NCBI GenBank assembly: GCA_051294375.1
Contig: CM119267.1
Span: forward strand, 15,540,105-15,604,104
DNA: 64,000 bases
Direction of reading: 5' to 3'
Source of the DNA: Paraspadella gotoi
Taxonomy: Eukaryota; Animalia; Chaetognatha
Below the pieces are notes generated by a model that saw only the letters and a program-made list of their open reading frames with translations, did no database searches and was not told the DNA's origin. Position 1 is the first letter of the stretch. Each line of letters opens with the position of its first letter. Positions 23,650-42,900 of this stretch are shown here, one piece after another. The position numbers were made by a program, and so were the translations under genes.

Positions 23650-25826
23650 TTACAAATGACTTGTCATTCCACCAGCAGCGACTATCGTCTCTCCAGTGAC
23701 ATACTTTGCATCTTCAGAACACAAAAATGATGCGACTGAAGAAATTTCCTTCGCTTCACCAAACCTTCTCATTGGAATCTGACTCAGGATCATCTTGGAA
23801 ACTTCGTCGTTGTTCCACATTGCTGAACTAAACTTGGTTTTGATGAAGCCAGGAGCGAGGCCATTCACTCGAATGTTATCTTCGGCCACGGCGCTGGCCA
23901 CTACCTTTGTCAACCCCAGAAGGGCTGTTTTGCTGACTGAATACGCACCGAGCATATCCGCAGGAACATAGCCTTACCAACCATCAAACAAAGTTCGATT
24001 AAATATTTAAAAAATCTTAAAGTATAAGGATCGTCGCAATCGCATTAAAAAATTATGGATCCATGACAAACTATCATATTTGATACAGGAAAATTAAGTT
24101 TTATACATAACAAACATGGCTTAATAAATACAAAATAAATAAATAAAAATGAAATGAATGAATAAAACAAAATGAAATGAATAGAATGAAATGAAATAAA
24201 TGTAAATTCATTGAATTTAAATTAATAAAATAATTTGGATAAATAAATTACATTGAGTGAATAAATTTAAAAGTAAGAAAAAAAAGTAAGAACTGAATTA
24301 ATTAATTGAAGAAATTGAATGAATAATTGTGTGAGAGATAATAAAAGGAAAAGATGGTAAAATGATAACATACGCTACTGCGATGCTTAACATCACGAGT
24401 TCGATACTGACATAAAATTAATAAAAAACAGAGAGAGAGAGAGAGAAAGAAATAAAGAAAGTGAGAGAAATAAAGAAAGAGAAAGAGAGTGAGAGAAATA
24501 AAGAAAGAGGGTGAGAGAATGAGATGATTAGAATATATATCTAAATATACAGCTTCATACAAATACAAATAATATTAGAAAACGCGAGCTATAATTTAGA
24601 ACGTCGACGACGACATTTATGGGTACGATCGTCACAAAATCGTCGGAAGCGATTGCGATGATAAAAGGTTTTAAGAAAAAAAAAACAACCTGTGATGGAA
24701 GTAACATAGACGATGCTTCCACCTTTCCGTTTCTTCATGTGTGGAACAACCAGCTGAGTTAACATTAAGGCGGCCTTGACATTAATATCAAAGATTTTGT
24801 CCCATCCTTTTTCGCTGCAATCAATTATTGAACCGATTTCGGGATTAACAGCCGCGTTTGAAACAAGAATATCAACACCTAGCACCAGATTAAAACATCA
24901 ATAACTAATAAAATTCAAAACTCTAAAAAACATACCTCCAAATTTTTTGACAGTGGCATTGATCAAAGCCTCTCGATCTTCTTTCGAGCCAACGTGACAC
25001 TTGACTCCTTCGCACTCAATGCCTCGACCTTTCAATGACTCTATGGCCTTTTCCACATTATCGGCCTTTCTGCTGCTCACCATCACCTATTGTTTATCGA
25101 GCGAATACTATAAGTCTATATATAAAAAAATAATTTACCCCGTGTCCCAACGCGAATGACACAAAGGATATTTATCCTACCTTATAGCATTTCTTATTTA
25201 AATATTTAACTAGTAGACGTTTTTGTTGCATTTCGTTTTTTGTTTCTTTATTACTAAAAATAGATTTTTTCAAAAAATGTTAAAATAAAAAAAGGGGGAA
25301 AAAAAAACAGCGACCAGAAAGAGTAGAATAAAGAGTGTACAATTTAATAAAACGAACATAAAGCCGCCATAAAATAAGGATTCCATTATTGTATGTCGAA
25401 TGGCGATTCATTGAAAGATAAGTAGCTCACATAATGGTCTCATCGATTCTGTAAGAGAATTTTAATAATATGAAAAATACTTTATATTAGTAAATAATGA
25501 GTTATCATTAAATTGTTTTTTAAAAAAGTTTTGAATAAAATAAAAATGTCTTAAAAATTTGTATCTAGATTTCCATCTCATTCGCGATTGAACAAGGGCC
25601 ACAAAAAAGAAGCTTTTACCATTGGTTGGTTGGTTTCTTAACAACCAAGTCTTACTTTGGCTCCATCAAGACCGAGTCGTTCAGCAATGGCCAAACCAAT
25701 TCCATCAGTCGACGCCGTGACGATGGCGATTTTTCCTTTCAACCGATGAGCGGAATGACACATTGACCGAATCAAAGATGATTGCAAACAAAAGTTGCGA
25801 GATACAAATGTTGTAACTTTCAGCAT
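23650..25826 (-). CDS. DHRS4: Dehydrogenase/reductase SDR family member 4, 4 exons
   Basis: [33 protein letters not shown] and C-terminal PTS1-like SHL. Confidence 0.93.
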
Positions 25827-25979
25827 TCTTCTTTATAATAAATCTAATTTTATTATAAATAAAATTGGGAAAAATAAAACCAGTTATTAATTAAATTTTA
25901 CACATAAAAAATGCATATTAATTTATATTAACGAAGTAATACAGGGAAAGTAAGAGCAAAGGACAAAACCGGATAAAAA

Positions 25980-26545
25980 GGGATTGATGACATTAAATAT
26001 GCCATAACGTGTTTGGAATGCTTTGACAGCTTTATTAAACCAAACACCTTAAAGTAGCATTGATCAAAGTCTTTTTCAGAGTCAACATGACACTTTACCC
26101 CTTTGCTGTCAATGCTTTCACCTCACCGCATTAATCACATTTGTACTGCTTATCATCACCTATGGTGTAGCAAAGCAACTTTTGGATCATTTCAAATTAG
26201 ATAGTTCTTTTATCACATTAACATACATAGTAACAGTTTAGATTATTTCGCCAATCTCATGATTGATTTTTTTTTCATCTTCTTTAATTAATCTTTATTT
26301 CTGTTATCTTTTTTGTTTATCTGATGAACGAGTGTTTATGTCCATATCTAGTAAATTATATAAAGGTTCTTTATAATCCTACTTTGGCTCCATAAAGACC
26401 AAGCCTTTCGGAAATAGCTAAACCGATACCATCGGTCGACGCCTTAACAACAGCATCTTTTCCCTTTAAGCCTTGAACGGAATGACCGAGAGACCGGATC
26501 AAAGGCGATAGCAAAGTAAAGTTTTGAGACAACAGATTTATGACG
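25980..26545 (-). pseudogene. Degenerate tandem copy of the DHRS4 5' exons
   Basis: 26380-26545 reads ..[29 protein letters not shown]|GT with no ATG. About 26040-26165 is a decayed exon 2 containing indels. Confidence 0.8.
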
Positions 26546-26903
26546 CTGCGCTGAGATTATTAAAACAAGTCACGAGTAATTAGTTTTTAATTCATTTCAA
26601 TAGATACTGATAAATATCTGCCAAAATTATCGCGATGCATTTATTACAGGAAACAGTACTGCGATCACGAGTACATTATTCATTACTCAGTTGGGCGGAA
26701 ACCAACATTACCGCAATTAGTATTTAACTTTAAATTATCACCCTCAAAAATTTACTGATTCCCATTGTTTGAAGCTCAACGCTTGAAATGGATTGAGATC
26801 GTAAATTTTTTTTGCGGAAGGGTGAAAACTGGGAAATGTAAATTTGCTATATAGTTATTAAGAATTTTATCGATTTCATCAATTTATATTAAGAAACAGC
26901 GTT

Positions 26904-27788
26904 TTAAGAAGGTGTGAGTCTGTATATCGGATTCCAAACAGAAAACATCCCGCAAACTGAAGAAGTCAAAGAGCAGAGAGAAAGAACGCCAATGTTGGCG
27001 TCGGGTAACAATCCCGCGTTTTTCAGGGGAGCAACCAAATCAGAACCGTTCTTGATGGTATCGAGACAAAGTGGAAAGTGATGCCGCCACAAAAAGATCA
27101 AGAATTTTGTCCAGTCCAAATTCTTCAGAGAGGTTGGAGAGAGAGAAGGTCGAAACATATCACGGGATTCGTCGGTTACTGAGAAAAAAATCTCGCCCTT
27201 TTTGGAACTCGTATCGGGGTCATTGTCTGTTGGATCCTCGGCACCACCTCTCTCAACTCGCCGAAGCTTTCTCGACGCCGAACCGACACGAACCCGCTTT
27301 GCCTCACACACGGCGATGGACGAAATTTCGTAAAAATCCCTCAAGAGCGCAAGAGCGCGCGATACGAGCCACAACTTGTCGCGCGTTCTCTCGAGACTCT
27401 TGGCGGCGGTTGCCGAGAGAGGGAGGAAACCCAGACGATGCAGAAAAAGCAAGTTTTCGATGAGAGTCTGGACGGACGCGTTTAATTTCGAAATAGAGAG
27501 AGATAAACGCAGGAAGGTATCGTCGAGAAGCAGAGCCTTCAACGCGCCATCGAGCGAGTTGAGAAAGTTGCCAAATCGCAGTAACTGACGGCAAAGGGAG
27601 AGCGAGGTGGCCAGATGTTGCAAGCGCTGTCGATGATCCGGGTGAAGAGTCGAGTCGCGCGACCATAAAATCAAGTTGGACAGCGATTGGAAGAACTTGA
27701 ATACTTTGTCTCGTCCGGCCAGAGATGAGTTAAATTGAATCACATTTTTTAAAACAGCAGCTTGCTGTTGGGGGAATACTGTTTCCAT
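26904..27788 (-). CDS. PEX11: Peroxisomal membrane protein PEX11 (alpha/beta type), single exon
   Basis: AGRDKVFKFFQ, LSLCRQLLRFGN and PLCLDTIKNGSDLVAPL with a hydrophobic C-terminus. Confidence 0.9.
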   Translation of the reverse strand: METVFPQQQAAVLKNVIQFNSSLAGRDKVFKFFQSLSNLILWSRDSTLHPDHRQRLQHLATSLSLCRQLLRFGNFLNSLDGALKALLLDDTFLRLSLSISKLNASVQTLIENLLFLHRLGFLPLSATAAKSLERTRDKLWLVSRALALLRDFYEISSIAVCEAKRVRVGSASRKLRRVERGGAEDPTDNDPDTSSKKGEIFFSVTDESRDMFRPSLSPTSLKNLDWTKFLIFLWRHHFPLCLDTIKNGSDLVAPLKNAGLLPDANIGVLSLCSLTSSVCGMFSVWNPIYRLTPS

Positions 27789-28379
27789 ATTTATACCTAT
27801 AAAGTGAAGCTTCCGGGTAATTCGAAATATAATTAAAAATACTTTTTTTAAAAAAAATTAAATTGGAATAAAAAAATTGAAACGTTACAAAATAAAATCC
27901 GGCATAAAAAATTTCAAGTTTTAACGGAAGAAAGTGGGTCGCAAAGTTGTGATTGAAATGAGCGCGAATTTACGTTTCAAACTTTTACTATTAGTAGGAC
28001 AAGGTTTCGAGTAAAGCTTGCTAAGTGACTACAACCTTAAGGGTAAATAAAGGAGACTATCACCATTGCAATTGTTCTCATTTTTTACAAACTTTGTAAA
28101 AATCAAAATCCGGCAAAAAGCAGTCGCGACCGATTTTTCTAAATCATAATTTAGTTAATAAATGTAACAAGACAATAGAGAAAATTTTAAATATTACGTT
28201 TCTCGAGAACAAATACATTTCGAATATACCTTAAAAAAAACACTCCTGAACCAAAGAGAGATAATAACTACAATCATTCACACCTGCTTGGCCGGATCCC
28301 CACAGAAATGACTAAATAGCAAATTTCGTAGATTTCGCGCTGCTACGGTGGACTAAAAAAAAATCCTGGTAAACCACTT

Positions 28380-31300
28380 TCATTTGAAGACGGCCAAATC
28401 AGCGAAGGCGTCGTCGGCTTTCTTTTGTAAGGAAATTCGTGAAGCTGTCGTCGGACTCATTGTGGGTGGCGGCATAGGCGAGGACGTAACCAAGCCGGAG
28501 AAGGACTGAGCGACTTGGGACGTCGTTGATTGTTGAATTGGTGAACCACTGAACGTCGGCCGGCTGAGGTGAGCCTGAATTAGAAACGGAGACGTATATA
28601 ATCGAAGTTGATCGACGGACGCCCTTGCTGACTTATGCTTAAATCACCTGTGCAACACTGGCAGTTAACGCGTTCATTTGCATCGTATGTTGCTGTTGTT
28701 GTTGCATTTGCGACAATGTAGGGCCACTTTGACCTCGAGGTTGCAGAGTCGAGTGGGGGGATAGGCTGTCCAGGCTTATATTAACAGATCCTGCATCCAG
28801 ATTAAGCAAAGAAGAATACATTGAAAGCATACCAATAATGAGAGAAACCTAGGCTTTACCCAATTTAGTACTATTCCGATTACCTTTAACGTCTGACCAC
28901 GTAGATCCGGTGGCAGATCCGTTTTGACCATTGACGTTAGGCAGCATTAACTTTGCTCCAGTCATGCTTTCAAATGGCACGGACGGTGGGATAGCCTGGC
29001 ATGGCGCGGAATTGTTGTTCAGCTGCATTGGGGGGACGGTTTGCACCGGCTTCGGCGTTCCCATCGCAATTGGAGACAAATTAGCGACGCCAGATGATCC
29101 GCCCATGAAGGTTGACTGGAAAGGAGGAATTACAGCGGTGGTAGCGGCGGTAGTAAAGGATGTGTTGTCGGCGATCGTAACTGGTTCAGTCAGTAGGTCA
29201 AAATTGGCAGTGAAGGTCGAAGGAGTGGTTGACGACCCAGGAATAACAGGCATCGGTGAAGAATTGACAGCGCTATGAAACAAAATAATAAAAATTAGTA
29301 TTCGTTTAATTTTAATTTTTTTAAATTCTAACCTAGTTGAAGCAAAAGCCGAAGAAAAATCTGCGAAATCGTCATTCGACTGAGAAGTAAGGCTAGTAGG
29401 TTCTAAAAAAAAATTAGTGAAAAGATTAGCAAGGACCAAAACTCAACGAAAGACCAACAACGTAAAATAATGGGTCACCTTCGACGAGAGCGGTGGGCGC
29501 GGCAGTCTGGAAGACGGAGAAATCTCCGAAGTCTCCATTGGCGTTGGTGGTGGGATCGACCGCCGCAGAAGCGGCGGTTTTGGGCTGGAGAGGGTTGTGG
29601 TGAGTCGGTGACGGAAGGGACAAGTCCAAAAGATCCGAACCGGAAGTATTTTTGACCGTTGAGGAAACGGAACTGTCGCCGATTTCTTGGTCCAAAATCG
29701 AGGGGGGCGTAATACCATTCACTCCGCCTGGTGATATAACTTGCCCGTTGCCCGTAAATCCATTTAAAATTAAATGACTAATGGAATTTTTTCACTAGGA
29801 ATTCGAATTAATTCCGCCAATCTTATTTTATTCACAGTCCAAACGACTTCTCTCCCTGTTGTCACAAGCGAGATCAACCACGGGTAATCGCGCCAGTTGA
29901 CAAGAGGAGTCACTGAGAGTCGGAAGTCCCTAACGTAAACAGGTGAAATGCACCACCCAGCTGGGTATTGCAGGAAACTCGGCTGTTGCTATGTATGTTT
30001 ATTTTTCACAGAAAATTCGGCGAGCGAGAACTTACCCTTTCCCAGCGAAGATCGAACAGACGTGTGCTTGATCGTTGTTGTCCTTTTCTCCGTCGTCGTC
30101 GTCGTCTTTTTTTCGATCTGTTGCGTCTCCTCGAAGTCGTCGTGGAAATCGGAGCTAGGCGCCCCAACAGCAGGCGAATCGCGAAACTCGAAGTCATCGT
30201 CGTTGTGGTAACCACCGCCCTTAATGCCCCCGGGCGGTGGATCGTCATCGAAGGACTTGTTACGACTTTCCTTCCACATGGTGCCGATCGTGTCCATCGC
30301 CGAGTGGATCTTATCTCCAATCGTTTCCGGCTTCTTTGGGTCCCATGCATCCAAGGAAGAGATACCACCTTCGGGGCCTCCAATGCCCCCGCGCCCGTAA
30401 GGCGCAACGCACGGAGGGCCGACTGAACCACCTTATTTTGGATGAAAAAGTGCAGACGAGAAGTAAAACAAAAAATGGCAACAATATGATTGAATTGATC
30501 CAAAAACAAAGAGACACAAAATGAAAATTGAGGATACAATACATGACTCCCCGCTACAGAAAGACACGAAATGCAAAATGATCTTGAAATCACTCTGTTC
30601 AGTTCCGAAGCGGAAGGTTATAGGAAAATAAGAGGCATATGGTAATGACGAATCACTATGCATGATGTGTCTAACTGAAATCAATTGATTTGACTAAATA
30701 AATATAAAATACAGTAAGCTTAATCCAATAAGTATTAAATATGAATTAGAATCCAACAAAAACACCCTTCAAGAAAAAAATTCGTTTATAGATATATCTC
30801 CATAAGTCTACTGAAATTACCTGTCCTTCTACCATAGGACATGGACCTCATTTCATGGGCTGATTTAAGAGAAGTTAATGGAATCAAAGCTCAGATTAAA
30901 ATTTACATAATGATCGGGGACCGGACTTGAATAGCGCGATTGTATCTTAAAAAGATAATCTCGTTTTATCAAACTGGTTGTCTCACCTGCTAGTCCTATG
31001 TACTTGTCCTTGTTTTTCCTGGCTTTTCGCCTCTCCTCCCGCAGTCGCTCGTCCTCCTGGATAAGTTCGACAAGTTCCTTGCTCTTCTGCCGGATGTTGA
31101 TACCTTGATCTTTACCGAACTCGTCGATGAAGGTGTAAGTCTCGAGGCCACGAAGGTCGTAAAGATGTTCGCGGGCGGACGTGACGACTCGTTCGCTTCC
31201 GTTCTTGATCAAGTAGGCGAGCAGCAGCAGTCCTTTGTACGTTCTGCGCCAATTTTTTCGTTGCTCTTCGAACATTCTGGGATAAGAGGAGAAGAAAATA

Positions 31301-31722
31301 AATCTCGAGACGCAAGACTCAATGAATTGTATATACTGTATTTGTTTGTACCAATTTCACGACATTTTTTGGTTATTTCTAAGACAAAGAGAAAATATTT
31401 TTTCGCATTTACGAAAAGGAAAATGATAAAAACTTGCTTTTGGCTACTTTTCAACCCAAGTTACCTTTTCCATAGCATTCCCATGACTTCAGGGAAATGT
31501 TCGTATTGGTAGGTGTATTGGGCGACTTCTTGCATGAGGCCTCCATGAGGCCCCCATTCGTCATCGTTCGTGGCTTCACGAACTTTTGACTCTACCTAAT
31601 TCAATCATTTAAAAGGGGTAATCTATCATTGTTATTAAGTTTAAAGCATTTCTTTTAAGTACCTCCGTGTAGTTCATGACCACACTGGTCACTTTCTCTT
31701 GTATTTCTCGTATTTTCCACAT
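28380..31722 (-). CDS. CLINT1: Clathrin interactor 1 / epsinR (ENTH domain, multi-exon)
   Basis: MWKIREIQEKVTSVVMNYTE, KVREATNDDEWGP, KNGSERVVTSAREH, DFADF motifs and C-terminal DAFADLAVFK. Confidence 0.95.
29834..29986 (-). ncRNA. Candidate intronic structured RNA, copy B (unassigned family)
   Basis: GC-rich island in CLINT1 intron 29728-30035. About 70% identical by eye to 55109-55257, with a terminal stem ACAGCC/GGACUGU and conserved internal hairpins. Confidence 0.6.
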
Positions 31723-32040
31723 AGTTTCAATATTCTACTCTTTTTGTATCAAAAAGAAGAATATTTGAAATGTTTCAGTTTGATTACACAATCAAGTCAT
31801 CTCCAAGTTTTTGACTAGAGTATTAATTCTGTTTGGTCTGGATTAAATCATATCATCGAAAAAGAAAAATAGCCTTCTAGGATCTAGGTCGATAACTTTT
31901 CAAGAGAGGCCTGTTAAAAAATGTTACCAAACTTCCTTGAATTTTTTTATTTCGGAGTGAAATAACAGCAAAATATCTTTGGCAACAGTTAAAATGCCCA
32001 AAAAGGCCCAAAAAATATTAAATGCATGAATTAACAAGAT

Positions 32041-32546
32041 TTAAAAATCCATAAATTGGGAGACAGATATGTTTATTACTGTCTGAATGAGTATAAGTCC
32101 AGTGAGAACGTCGTTCCATTTCATGGCCGAATCTTTATCATTATCATCGTCCATATCTTTTTGACCAATAATAAGTAAAATAAAAGCAATGACAATCTAC
32201 AAAAAAACAAAATACCATTTTAAAAAAGATTGAAGAAAATACGAAAATAAATTGAAATTTGGTACAAATTTTGTTTCACCTGCAAGCAGATAGAGAGGAT
32301 TACAGCGGCAACAATACCCTGAAAATATGGGTGCTCCTTTTCGGTTCCTTGGTACTTCAGAAGCTGTTTTAGATTACTTATATTCGACGACAACAAAGCT
32401 ATATCAAGAAGACCCTTTGCCAATGTTTTACGTGAATTGTATTGGTTGTTATTAAATAAAATGACTTTGGGCTTGTCGCTTTGATCGTCAGACTTTTTAT
32501 TATCTTCTTCTTCGGTACCGCGTCTTCGAACAACACCGTCGGCCAT
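32041..32546 (-). CDS. Ninjurin, 2 exons
   Basis: NQYNSRKTLAKGLLDIALLSSNISNLKQLL and two hydrophobic helices (ILSICLQIVIAFILL; GLILIQTVINISVSQF). Confidence 0.88.
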
Positions 32547-32679
32547 TTTTAAATGGCTATTGAATTACTATTTAACCTAAAATGAGTCAATCACGACAAA
32601 TTATAATTCGAATTGAATCAATAAGTATTTTTCCCCGTCCCGAGGATGAATTAACAAAATTAATTGGAATTCAAGCTAA

Positions 32680-39461
<6,782 letters not shown>

Positions 39462-39905
39462 AGTCGGATTATTAGTAAAAAAAGATGCTTTTAAAGTTTA
39501 ATATGACTGCAAAGAGGAATGTTGCGTTTGAGCGCTAAGCTATAAACAATTTTCCTTTAAAGCCAACGCTTTTCAAAAAGGAAAAACATGAAAAGAATAA
39601 CAAAAAGGCTGTGTTGAGTGTTCAATTTGAGAATCATCTTGTGAAACTTAAATTTTGAAGCAATAGAAAGCTATAAATGGTCAAAGCTAAAACTAATACC
39701 AACCTTATACCACCGAAAGTTGTCAGCGAGTTTTATCTCGCTTTCTCGCAAACAAATATTCAATTTGAAAACTAATATAACGACATTTTCATTATCGTTC
39801 ACAATGAATTCACATAATGGCGCAGCTTCCTCGCCTCTGACGTCGAGCACGCGGTTCCGCAATGAACGTCTTTCGCTCTTCTTTTACGTGCTGAGACTCT
39901 TCCCT

Positions 39906-42900
39906 CTAAAGACTCATCGACTCTGCCAAAAACGTCCTTAATTCGTTGTAATGAGCAGCTTTGTTACCTGAAGGATAAATAAAATGTTTTTATGAAATAT
40001 CTTCATGTAATTAGAATTATCAAACTTGTAGAATTCAAATTGAAATCAGAGCTCAAACCCGTAGCCGTAGATGGAGAAACGTTCCTGCCAATGTAAGAGA
40101 TCCGGAACTTGTGCTCCACAGCGGTTTCGAAGCGAGGCTGAACGTATGTCCAGGCGCCCATATTTTTGTGCTCTTCCTGAACCCAAGCCACTTTAGCATT
40201 GGGGTATTTCGCGATTTCTGCAATCACGCCATCGTAAGGAAACGGGCAAATTTGCTCGAGACGCGCGATTGCGATGGAGTCGTTGAGTCCTAACGCGGAC
40301 ATCATACCATCATTAAAATTAAGACTAGTAAATATTAAATCGTAAAAGAAAATAACGAGCACTCACCGCGCGTCTCTCTCTCCTTCACCAAGTCGTAGTA
40401 AACTTTTCCGGAACAAAATAATAGTTTCTCGGCAGATTGAGGTTTTTTAGAGGCAAGACCGCCTTCTGGAATGAAGCGGACAAAGTGCGTCCCTGGAAGC
40501 ATATCGTCAAACGATGAGCGGGCGTCCGGGTGGCGTAGTAGGGATTTGGGAGACATGACCACCAGCTGGGTGTTAGGTATCAATCAACGATTTTAAATAA
40601 ATTCTACTTCAACGCAAAACAAAATCTGTGAAAAACCTCACCGGTTTTCGGAACGGCATAGTGACTTGTCTTCTCAAGGCGTGCATGTAGTTAGCTGGAG
40701 TCGTCGGATTAATCACAGACCAGTTGATTTGATGCAGCTGGTGCAAGGCCGCCGTCTCAGAGTCTTTCTCTTTTATCAAGTCTTTGGGAATTACGGCGGG
40801 ATCGTCAGAGGTCATCTGAAGAAAGCGCTCTAGTCTGGCGGAGGAGTGCTCCGGACCCATCCCTGCAATGGTTTGTAAATTAGTATGTATCGCGTCGGTT
40901 CGATTTTATAAATATTTAAGATTACCCTCGTATCCGTGCGGGAGGAGCAAGACCAATCCCGTCTGACGGAACCATTTGGCCTGGCCGGAAGCGATGAACT
41001 GATCGATGATGCATTGTGCAGTGTTGTGAAAATCGCCGAACTGAGCCTCCCATATGACTAGGGCGCAAGGGCTTGTCATGGAGTAACCTAACTCAAACCC
41101 GAGAACTCCGAACTCAGAGAGGGAGCTGTTGACCACCTGGTATTCGGCTATAAATAGAAAAAAATACGGACTTTTTTCCCCAAAATTCCACGATTCTCTT
41201 TTTCGGTCGCTCTTAATTTTGTTCTTCACCTTGATCTGGACTCAAACCGTTGAGAACATTAAGAATACTTTTGTCCTGATTCTGATCATGCAAAACGTGG
41301 TGTCGATGTGAAAAGGTTCCTCTCTCGACATCCTGTCCCGAGAGACGAACGTGGATGCCTTCCTTGAGCAGAGATCCAAAGCCGACAGCTTCGGCCATGG
41401 CCCAATCGACTTTACGACCAACGGCCATATCACCGCGAGCCTGAAAAAAGGGCACAGGGAAAAACCCAACGTTGGTTTTTGAGACATAACTTTAAACAAC
41501 ATCAAGCTCAAATCGATCCCTTCACTAGTAATGACGCTACTCTGAGATTCTCTCTCCAACACTCCTCCTTTCTTCCATACATCCCCGTTTTCTCACTCGC
41601 AGTATCTTCTTGATGCCTGGATGAGGTTTAAAGTTTTCGTCGGATATTGAGGAAAACTTTGAGAGGATGTCGGCGATGTTTTCCTCGGCTATTCCCGTTG
41701 GTTCGTGTTTCATCCGATCTGCTCCTCCATCGACGAAGAAATCATCCCAAGGAGAGTCGAGCCAGTCGCGGGAGTTCATCTGCTTAATGTCCTTTCCCGT
41801 CTCGTAAGATTGCTCGATAATTTCGTCGTATCGCTTCTTCTCCTCGAGAAATTCTTCCTTGTTCAGAACCTTGTCCGCTATCAATTTGTTACTATATTTT
41901 TCCAACGTCGGGACCTGCGCGACGAAATGTTAAAGTTAACTCGAACTTTGATGGATTGTCGTCACGGCTGTGAATTAACCTGATTCCCGATGCGTTTGTA
42001 CATCAGGGGTTGCGTGAACATAGGTTCGTCGATTTCGTTGTGACCGTTTTTACGATAGCTGACGATGTCGATGACAACGTCGCTTCCAAATGTATGACGG
42101 TATTCGGCGGCCACCTTGGGACAATGCGAGGGCGGGGTGAGATTTGATAAGGAAACATTATGAGATACATAACTAATAGGGTGAAAGTGAAAAAGAAAAG
42201 AAGCATAAAGAAAACAATTCTTTACACCAAACTCGATAACTACCTTAGCAACGTAAACCACGGCCTCGGGATCGTCCCCGTTAACGTGGAAAATGGGGGC
42301 GTTAACGACACGTGCCACGTCTGTATTAAGTGATTTACATTGAAATCTCTAGCAATTATTATAATCAACCAAAACACATGGGTGAGGCAAAAACAAACTT
42401 GCCGGTACAATAAGGAGACGATCGGGAAAAGCGCGGATCGGTGGTGAAGCCAATCTGGTTGTTAACGACGACGTGAACGCATCCGTGGGTCGTGTAGGCG
42501 GGTAAGTCGGAAAGATGGAATGTTTCGTATACTATGCCTTGGCCAGAGAAAGCAGCATCGCCATGAAGGAGTAGGGACATTACCTGGAATTATAAAAGAG
42601 AAAATACAAATTGGACATGCAAGAAAATAAAGAAATAATAATTTGCATTGAGAAAAGTTTTATATACGTACAATAAATATAAATAAATAATACAAGAAAT
42701 AATAATAAAAATTCCTACTTTTTTCCCATCTTTGTCTCCACGGAAGTATTGTTCGGCCCGGGTCTTGCCCTGCACGACAGGATCGACAGCCTCCAAGTGC
42801 GAAGGATTGGCCACCACGGATATTTTAATGTTTCGATTGGTCATTCGGTTGTGACGTTCGACCGAAGTACCAAGGTGGTACTTGACATCGCCACAGCCTA

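Noticed and set aside
24125-24530. AAATG-like and GA-rich tracts in a DHRS4 intron as a functional element or CRISPR-like array
   Set aside because: Simple low-complexity microsatellites with no repeat-spacer organisation.
39671-39862. Independent 63-aa gene after OGDH
   Set aside because: No ATG and no recognisable motif. It overlaps the CaaX extension in another frame.
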